Origin: Amphiscolops sp. MND2022
Taxonomy: Eukaryota
Assembly (NCBI GenBank): GCA_964187785.1
Contig: OZ076409.1
Span: forward strand, 16,494,001 to 16,558,000
DNA length: 64,000 nucleotides
Direction: 5' to 3'
Of this stretch, positions 56,549-64,000 are shown piece after piece. Made by a program: the position numbers and the translations under genes. The stretch's first letter is position 1, and every line of letters starts with the position of its first letter. The notes below the pieces were generated by a model. The model was not told the origin of the DNA. It made no database searches and worked only from the letters and a program-made list of their open reading frames with translations.

Positions 56549-59500
56549 TTGTAGAGGACTGAAGGATCCTCTTCGCCTTGCCATGACTCTGACTGCTTGT
56601 CAGCGTCATGGTGTGAAAAATTTTGTTCTTTTCCTACAAGAAACTAAGATTTCTGAATTTTCTATCAATCATAGAAAACTACTTACACAACACCATCTCT
56701 CGTACTGCATGGTTCCTGCCTCTGATACTGCAGGTGGATTGGTGACAATTTTTCCGTCTTCTTTCCACATAACTTACCGTTTTAACAATGAATCCATGCT
56801 CCTATTGCGTTTTCAAGAATATAATATCACTTTTAGCAACTGTTATGTCAATCCGCTTGATTTTCATCTGGAAAAGCTTAATCATGGTTTCCAACAGCTT
56901 TCTCTTCTATCTTCTAGTTCTCACATACTTGGTGGAGATTTTAACTGTTTATCAACCCGTGCTGACACATCTAATGTTAATATTCGAAGTAATGATTTCC
57001 GCTTACTTCGTTTTCGAAAACTTATGAATCTTATGCACCTGCTGGATGTCACACCATGTGCTCCAGCCTCGGTTGCACATCTGTTCACACACTATGATAA
57101 AAGGTATAATACATTTAGTCGTTTAGACTACTTTTTTACATCGAGTGTTGACTTCTCTCTCGAAACTGAAGTCATTCCTTTTTCGGATCACAAGTTAATT
57201 AAGCTTTGTGAAGCGGCATCTTTTACTCCAGCAAACAGTCATTGGAAATTAAATGACAACATTCTGCAGTATCACCATGCAGTGCGGGAGGTTTTGGTGA
57301 GTTCTATTGCATCCCGGTCTACGGATTCAGAGTGTATCCTATCGAACTATGATGTCATTAAAAATCTTGTTAGGGATAAACTCCGTATCTTTTGTATCCA
57401 GAATCATAGACGTAATCTTTTTGAAGAAAATCACCTGAAAGAACTAATACTTGATGCAGAGAAATATCTACAAATTTTTGGCGTAGATTCCAAAACTATT
57501 TCTCGTCTTTCAGATTTAAATAAAAAATTGATGGCACTCCAGCACCAGAATGCTCGTAAATGCCTTAAACAGGTGAAAATGTTTTATGTTGATGCCAATC
57601 ATGGTGATCCTCAAGTTATTAAAAAACACCTTTCAAATATGAGAAAATCCGTACATATTTCTCAAATACAAGACGACAATGGTGAGGTCTTGACTACTGA
57701 TGAGCAGATTTTTGAAGCTTTTCATATGCATTACTCAGATCGTTTTTCCATTCCGCAGGTCAATATCAATAATGATTCCCATGTCAAGCAGCTGCAAGAT
57801 GACATTATTGGTACTTTTTGTAGTGTTAAGAGATCTGATATTGAAAATATTCGCACTCTAACCAGAGACCGGGATATGATTAGTGAACAAGAAGTTATTA
57901 ATGCCATTAACAAATTGAATTCTGAAAGTGCTCCTGGTCCTGATGGCCTCACTTCCAACTTTTATAAAGCTCATCAGGAGGTTCTGAGTCCTCTACTCTG
58001 CAGGCTGTTTAACCAGATGGTTACTGATGGTTGGATGCCGCTATCTTTCTCCAGAGCCATTATAAAACTGATTCCTAAAAAACCCAACGCCAATCGTGTT
58101 GAAGATTTTCGTCCCATCAGTCTTATTAATACAGACCAAAAAATACTCTCTCATATTTTGTCGGAACGAGTTCGCATTCCTGTTGATAAGCTTATTGGTC
58201 CCCACCAATCTGCTTATCTTCCTGGGCGTCACATACACTCTTCTTTATTGAAAGTCTCCTTAAACTTGGAAACCATGCCGTCAAATAATTCTCTCATCGC
58301 TATTGATTTTAGCAAAGCCTTTGATAAACTAAGTCGAACATTTATCTTTGCGTTATTAGAAAAAATTGGCTTGCACGAAAACACAGTCAAATTGATTCGC
58401 ATCATGTATATGCATAATATTGCCTATCTTGACATCAATGGTCAACTCTCTCAACCTGTTCTTATGGAAAATGGAGTTAGGCAAGGCTGCCCTTTATCCG
58501 CGCTCATTTTTATTCTAGGCATTGAACCCCTTCTTCATGCAATTCAGCACTCCTTCAACATTAGATCGGATATGCCGTTTAAAATTATCTCGTATGCGGA
58601 TGATCTTACTTGTGGTATTCACACTGATAATATTCAAGATCTTTTTGATATCATTGATACATTTTCTGGCGTTACGAATTTATCTGTTAATCAATCTAAA
58701 ACTGAAATTCTTACATTGAGTAGTCTTCGTCCTCCTCTCCAATCTTGTGACGTTGTTAAAATACTGGGTGTTCACTTTAGTTTGGGCAACTCTGCTAGAC
58801 CTTTCTCTGACTTCATGAACTATGCGCAACGAAGTGGTCAGTATTGTAACAAATACAATACTCTAATAGCTCGTGCGCGAAATATTCATACCTTTGTTAT
58901 GCAAAAATTAGTTCATGAAATTCGCCATCTTTATGTCCTAAGGCCTCAATTAGACAAAATTGATAGTATTTTCATTGATGCTATTTGGCTTGGCCGCAAA
59001 CACAATCTAAGTAAATTTATTCTCCAGAGACCATGGTCGGCGATGGGTATTGGTCTTCGGAATTTCCGTCAAACTATTGTTTCTTCCAAAATTATCGACT
59101 GCTTCAACTTTCTCTACGAAAACAGTTTGCCCGATAATCTTAAACTGTTACTCCAATCTAGGTTTTTTAGAAATCTTAAATCCTTGTGTCGCACATTTAA
59201 ATGCTCCATTTCCTTTCCAAACTCCACCACCTGTACTCTTTCTATTGATGACCGTCAACTTGTGATTTCCACCCCTCTTCCCACTAAAAAAATTTATCAT
59301 TTTCTTACAGACCGGTCAACTTCGGCAGCTTTTTGCCGAATCTCTAGTATGGCAGAGAAATTATCTGTTCCTGCTTTTTCTATCTTTTCCTTCATCCGTC
59401 ACTTGTGGAAGCATCCCTCGTATGCTGCTTTTGAGAAAAATTATTTATATCTGTTTTTCCTTAATTGCTACTTAGAGAAAACCAAAAAACAAGATTTGGG

Positions 59501-59780
59501 CTTAGTGTTTTCAGCTCATTGCTGTTTTTGTGGTGTTGAAGACGAAACCTTCTCACATCTTATTACTGAATGTCAGCATATTCCATCTCTCAATTTCTTT
59601 AAAACTCCTAGTGATTGCTGTCTAGATTTTCAAAACATGAATGCAATTTACCCTTTCAAACGTCTGATAGCTCTCCTAATTTCCTCATGGAGCGAAGATC
59701 CGCTCAGATTCTCTAAGTATTTTTTGAATTGTGTCTCCTTAAGGCATCCAACCATTCTTAACCATCAGGCTGTAACGTAA
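56529..59780 (+). CDS. Family D ORF2: APE endonuclease + RT + CCHC
   Basis: ATG 56529 (MIVFSLNCRGL; the track start is TTG); LQETK, GDFN, SRLDY, SDH; APGPDG, DFSKAFD, GVRQGCP, YADD; CCFC-x8-H-x4-C. Confidence 0.96.
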   Translation: MIVFSLNCRGLKDPLRLAMTLTACQRHGVKNFVLFLQETKISEFSINHRKLLTQHHLSYCMVPASDTAGGLVTIFPSSFHITYRFNNESMLLLRFQEYNITFSNCYVNPLDFHLEKLNHGFQQLSLLSSSSHILGGDFNCLSTRADTSNVNIRSNDFRLLRFRKLMNLMHLLDVTPCAPASVAHLFTHYDKRYNTFSRLDYFFTSSVDFSLETEVIPFSDHKLIKLCEAASFTPANSHWKLNDNILQYHHAVREVLVSSIASRSTDSECILSNYDVIKNLVRDKLRIFCIQNHRRNLFEENHLKELILDAEKYLQIFGVDSKTISRLSDLNKKLMALQHQNARKCLKQVKMFYVDANHGDPQVIKKHLSNMRKSVHISQIQDDNGEVLTTDEQIFEAFHMHYSDRFSIPQVNINNDSHVKQLQDDIIGTFCSVKRSDIENIRTLTRDRDMISEQEVINAINKLNSESAPGPDGLTSNFYKAHQEVLSPLLCRLFNQMVTDGWMPLSFSRAIIKLIPKKPNANRVEDFRPISLINTDQKILSHILSERVRIPVDKLIGPHQSAYLPGRHIHSSLLKVSLNLETMPSNNSLIAIDFSKAFDKLSRTFIFALLEKIGLHENTVKLIRIMYMHNIAYLDINGQLSQPVLMENGVRQGCPLSALIFILGIEPLLHAIQHSFNIRSDMPFKIISYADDLTCGIHTDNIQDLFDIIDTFSGVTNLSVNQSKTEILTLSSLRPPLQSCDVVKILGVHFSLGNSARPFSDFMNYAQRSGQYCNKYNTLIARARNIHTFVMQKLVHEIRHLYVLRPQLDKIDSIFIDAIWLGRKHNLSKFILQRPWSAMGIGLRNFRQTIVSSKIIDCFNFLYENSLPDNLKLLLQSRFFRNLKSLCRTFKCSISFPNSTTCTLSIDDRQLVISTPLPTKKIYHFLTDRSTSAAFCRISSMAEKLSVPAFSIFSFIRHLWKHPSYAAFEKNYLYLFFLNCYLEKTKKQDLGLVFSAHCCFCGVEDETFSHLITECQHIPSLNFFKTPSDCCLDFQNMNAIYPFKRLIALLISSWSEDPLRFSKYFLNCVSLRHPTILNHQAVT

Positions 59781-59932
59781 CTAAGTTCAATTTTATTTAT
59801 ATCTTGCAACCAATGAACCATTCACTTACTTTGATTAGCTACTGAATTGTCTGAATTATGAACTTGGTCATGACCTACGCTATTTGATTGATTCATTTGT
59901 TCCTACTGATTTACTGTAATTAATTCTTTAAA

Positions 59933-60041
59933 AGCCTAATTGTTGTGATAAACTTATTAAATAGGTAAGTATTCCAACCCTATTGATAAGTTTTATTTGA
60001 AAGCAGACTGCGAAAGTGGTCTGCTGCCCAATTTTTTGAAC
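59933..60041 (+). ncRNA. Complete SL RNA sequence regenerated downstream of element D
   Basis: Full SL sequence after the element 3' end. Confidence 0.75.
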
Positions 60042-60160
60042 AAGGAACAAGCTAGTCTGCACTAACTTAAAAGTTACGCGTATTTTGACCGAGAAAATTT
60101 TCGTATCATTGTACGTAATTTTGTTGTTAAGCATATAAAGCTATTGATTTTACAATGATC

Positions 60161-60279
60161 GGCTACGACCATACCATGTTGAATGCACCGGTTCTCGTCC
60201 GATCACCGAAGTTAAACAACATAGGGCCTGGTTAGTACTTGGATGGGAGACCGCTTGGGAACACCAGGTGTTGTAGCCT
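60161..60279 (+). rRNA. 5S rRNA
   Basis: Copy of 625-743. Confidence 0.98.
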
Positions 60280-60837
60280 TTTTTGTCAGAAATGTGGTTT
60301 AACTTCGGTGACAGTTTTGCAAAAGGGGTCAAATTGAAAAGATAGCAAAAAACGGACAACGCCATTAGAAAGAGCGTCCAAAAAAACCCCCATGCTGAAA
60401 TTTTCGCCGCCATCACTTGAATTTTCATTGAGTTATGTCATTTTTACTATTTTCACAAAATGTGGTTTAACTTCGGTGACAGTTTTGCAAAAGGGGTCAA
60501 AATGAACAGATAGCAAAAAACGGACAACGGCATTGGAAAGAGGGCCCAAAATTACCCCTAAAACGTGTTTTTCACACTCCTGAGTCGACTTTTGATAATA
60601 CATGGAATTTCATTTTTAAGCTTACTAATTTATGCTTTTCAGCATACATTTTCGTAATAGAGTCAAAATTTTGCTTTCTCACAATTTTTCTGGAATATTT
60701 TTGTTTCATCAGATGTCAATAACTTGAAACGTCGTCTTTTCATGAGAATTTCTCCTCAAAACAAGTTGTTGGCTGGTAATGGTAAGTCCGTACCGCAGAT
60801 AGGAGTCTCGCGCTCCAAAAATTGACTCTTTGCTTTT

Positions 60838-60946
60838 AGCCTAATTGTTGTGATAAACTTATTAAATAGGTAAGTATTCCAACCCTATTGATAAGTTTTA
60901 TTTGAAAGCAGACTGCGAAAGTGGTCTGCTGCCCAATTTTTTGAAC
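60838..60946 (+). ncRNA. Putative SL RNA gene
   Basis: Copy of 398-505. Confidence 0.85.
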
Positions 60947-61065
60947 AAGGAACAAGCTAGTCTGCACTAACTTAAAAGTTACGCGTATTTTGACCGAGAA
61001 AATTTTCGTATCATTGTACGTAATTTTGTTGTTAAGCATATAAAGCTATTGATTTTACAATGATC

Positions 61066-61184
61066 GGCTACGACCATACCATGTTGAATGCACCGGTTCT
61101 CGTCCGATCACCGAAGTTAAACAACATAGGGCCTGGTTAGTACTTGGATGGGAGACCGCTTGGGAACACCAGGTGTTGTAGCCT
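61066..61184 (+). rRNA. 5S rRNA
   Basis: Copy of 625-743. Confidence 0.98.
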
Positions 61185-61742
61185 TTTTTGTCAGAAATGT
61201 GGTTTAACTTCGGTGACAGTTTTGCAAAAGGGGTCAAATTGAAAAGATAGCAAAAAACGGACAACGCCATTAGAAAGAGCGTCCAAAAAAACCCCCATGC
61301 TGAAATTTTCGCCGCCATCACTTGAATTTTCATTGAGTTATGTCATTTTTACTATTTTCACAAAATGTGGTTTAACTTCGGTGACAGTTTTGCAAAAGGG
61401 GTCAAAATGAACAGATAGCAAAAAACGGACAACGGCATTGGAAAGAGGGCCCAAAATTACCCCTAAAACGTGTTTTTCACACTCCTGAGTCGACTTTTGA
61501 TAATACATGGAATTTCATTTTTAAGCTTACTAATTTATGCTTTTCAGCATACATTTTCGTAATAGAGTCAAAATTTTGCTTTCTCACAATTTTTCTGGAA
61601 TATTTTTGTTTCATCAGATGTCAATAACTTGAAACGTCGTCTTTTCATGAGAATTTCTCCTCAAAACAAGTTGTTGGCTGGTAATGGTAAGTCCGTACCG
61701 CAGATAGGAGTCTCGCGCTCCAAAAATTGACTCTTTGCTTTT

Positions 61743-61851
61743 AGCCTAATTGTTGTGATAAACTTATTAAATAGGTAAGTATTCCAACCCTATTGATAAG
61801 TTTTATTTGAAAGCAGACTGCGAAAGTGGTCTGCTGCCCAATTTTTTGAAC
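61743..61851 (+). ncRNA. Putative SL RNA gene
   Basis: Copy of 398-505. Confidence 0.85.
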
Positions 61852-61970
61852 AAGGAACAAGCTAGTCTGCACTAACTTAAAAGTTACGCGTATTTTGACC
61901 GAGAAAATTTTCGTATCATTGTACGTAATTTTGTTGTTAAGCATATAAAGCTATTGATTTTACAATGATC

Positions 61971-62089
61971 GGCTACGACCATACCATGTTGAATGCACCG
62001 GTTCTCGTCCGATCACCGAAGTTAAACAACATAGGGCCTGGTTAGTACTTGGATGGGAGACCGCTTGGGAACACCAGGTGTTGTAGCCT
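61971..62089 (+). rRNA. 5S rRNA
   Basis: Copy of 625-743. Confidence 0.98.
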
Positions 62090-62647
62090 TTTTTGTCAGA
62101 AATGTGGTTTAACTTCGGTGACAGTTTTGCAAAAGGGGTCAAATTGAAAAGATAGCAAAAAACGGACAACGCCATTAGAAAGAGCGTCCAAAAAAACCCC
62201 CATGCTGAAATTTTCGCCGCCATCACTTGAATTTTCATTGAGTTATGTCATTTTTACTATTTTCACAAAATGTGGTTTAACTTCGGTGACAGTTTTGCAA
62301 AAGGGGTCAAAATGAACAGATAGCAAAAAACGGACAACGGCATTGGAAAGAGGGCCCAAAATTACCCCTAAAACGTGTTTTTCACACTCCTGAGTCGACT
62401 TTTGATAATACATGGAATTTCATTTTTAAGCTTACTAATTTATGCTTTTCAGCATACATTTTCGTAATAGAGTCAAAATTTTGCTTTCTCACAATTTTTC
62501 TGGAATATTTTTGTTTCATCAGATGTCAATAACTTGAAACGTCGTCTTTTCATGAGAATTTCTCCTCAAAACAAGTTGTTGGCTGGTAATGGTAAGTCCG
62601 TACCGCAGATAGGAGTCTCGCGCTCCAAAAATTGACTCTTTGCTTTT

Positions 62648-62756
62648 AGCCTAATTGTTGTGATAAACTTATTAAATAGGTAAGTATTCCAACCCTATTG
62701 ATAAGTTTTATTTGAAAGCAGACTGCGAAAGTGGTCTGCTGCCCAATTTTTTGAAC
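62648..62756 (+). ncRNA. Putative SL RNA gene
   Basis: Copy of 398-505. Confidence 0.85.
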
Positions 62757-62875
62757 AAGGAACAAGCTAGTCTGCACTAACTTAAAAGTTACGCGTATTT
62801 TGACCGAGAAAATTTTCGTATCATTGTACGTAATTTTGTTGTTAAGCATATAAAGCTATTGATTTTACAATGATC

Positions 62876-62994
62876 GGCTACGACCATACCATGTTGAATG
62901 CACCGGTTCTCGTCCGATCACCGAAGTTAAACAACATAGGGCCTGGTTAGTACTTGGATGGGAGACCGCTTGGGAACACCAGGTGTTGTAGCCT
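62876..62994 (+). rRNA. 5S rRNA
   Basis: Copy of 625-743. Confidence 0.98.
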
Positions 62995-63550
62995 TTTTTG
63001 TCAGAAATGTGGTTTAACTTCGGTGACAGTTTTGCAAAAGGGGTCAAATTGAAAAGATAGCAAAAAACGGACAACGCCATTAGAAAGAGCGTCCAAAAAA
63101 ACCCCCATGCTGAAATTTTCGCCGCCATCACTTGAATTTTCATTGAGTTATGTCATTTTTACTATTTTCACAAAATGTGGTTTAACTTCGGTGACAGTTT
63201 TGCAAAAGGGGTCAAAATGAACAGATAGCAAAAAACGGACAACGGCATTGGAAAGAGGGCCCAAAATTACCCCTAAAACGTGTTTTTCACACTCCTGAGT
63301 CGACTTTTGATAATACATGGAATTTCATTTTTAAGCTTACTAATTTATGCTTTTCAGCATACATTTTCGTAAGAGTCAAAATTTTGCTTTCTCACAATTT
63401 TTCTGGAATATTTTTGTTTCATCAGATGTCAATAACTTGAAACGTCGTCTTTTCATGAGAATTTCTCCTCAAAACAAGTTGTTGGCTGGTAATGGTAAGT
63501 CCGTACCGCAGATAGGAGTCTCGCGCTCCAAAAATTGACTCTTTGCTTTT

Positions 63551-63594
63551 AGCCTAATTGTTGTGATAAACTTATTAAATAGGTAAGTATTCCA
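63551..63594 (+). pseudogene. SL exon + donor of an SL gene interrupted by element C3
   Basis: SL sequence to ...GTAAGTATTCCA, then family C ORF1 sequence. Confidence 0.75.
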
Positions 63595-64000
63595 GGTATG
63601 GCCGGTGCGAGACGACCGAACCTACAGATTCTACCCGTGCAATGTCAGCATCAAGATTCAAAATGCCCTGCCCAATCTGACTAACGAAGAAATCAAGAAC
63701 GAACTGAAACTACCCGAAGGCATTACTGCGAACGACGACTTGAACTTCAAAACAGTCAGCATTGGGCCGTACATGAAAGTCTTTGATGGAACAGCGACAA
63801 TCTCTGCCACTGTTCAATCTGCCGAGCAAATGGAAGAAATGAAAAACTGGTCGCGCAAATCTTTCTTTGAAGAAAAACAAGTTAGAAATCAAGTGACTCA
63901 GATGTATGCTCCTAACATCATGACATGTACTTTCTGTGAAAAGAAAGGCTCCTTCTACAGAGGTCATGATGACACTTGGTGCACAAAGAAAACGAAAGAA
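63595..64000 (+). mobile_element. Family C copy 3, 5'-truncated within ORF1, SL site 2; runs off the window
   Basis: Starts GGTATGGCCGGTGCG (= C1 ~35976); carries the C2-type CTGACTAAC variant. Confidence 0.93.

Larger units (their letters stand above)
55000..59932 (+). mobile_element. Non-LTR retrotransposon family D (L1/Tx1-like, closest to A), intact ORFs, SL site 1
   Basis: 14-bp TSD AGCCTAATTGTTGT 54986-54999/59933-59946; ends TCTTTAAA. Confidence 0.96.
1..63594 (+). repeat. Tandem array of 904/905-bp SL RNA + 5S rRNA units, interrupted by site-specific insertions
   Basis: Near-identical unit recurs every 904 bp (to 8859) or 905 bp (from 13564). Larger deviations are explained by insertions plus TSDs or by the N gap. 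Confidence 0.99.

Overview
This is a eukaryotic (probably metazoan) tandem array of a 904/905-bp unit. Each unit carries a putative spliced-leader (SL) RNA gene followed by a 5S rRNA gene, both on the + strand: 42 5S genes, 43 SL loci, and one 200-N gap. The SL call rests on a ~32-nt exon AGCCTAATTGTTGTGATAAACTTATTAAATAG, a GTAAGT donor, two stem-loops and an Sm-type site. Ten of the 43 SL loci carry insertions and none was seen in 5S genes or spacers. The insertions fall at only two positions: the first base of the SL exon (site 1) and the AG of the exon/intron junction (site 2). Six are APE-endonuclease/RT (L1/Tx1-like) non-LTR retrotransposons from four divergent families: A, B and D at site 1, and three copies of C at site 2. 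Four are ~100-bp non-coding mini-elements at site 2 that are largely antisense to the SL RNA itself and share family C's 3' terminus. All are in the SL orientation; those with a visible 3' end have target-site duplications, end in TTTRAA and lack a poly(A) tail. The short repeated minus-strand ORFs are artefacts of the RNA-gene array.
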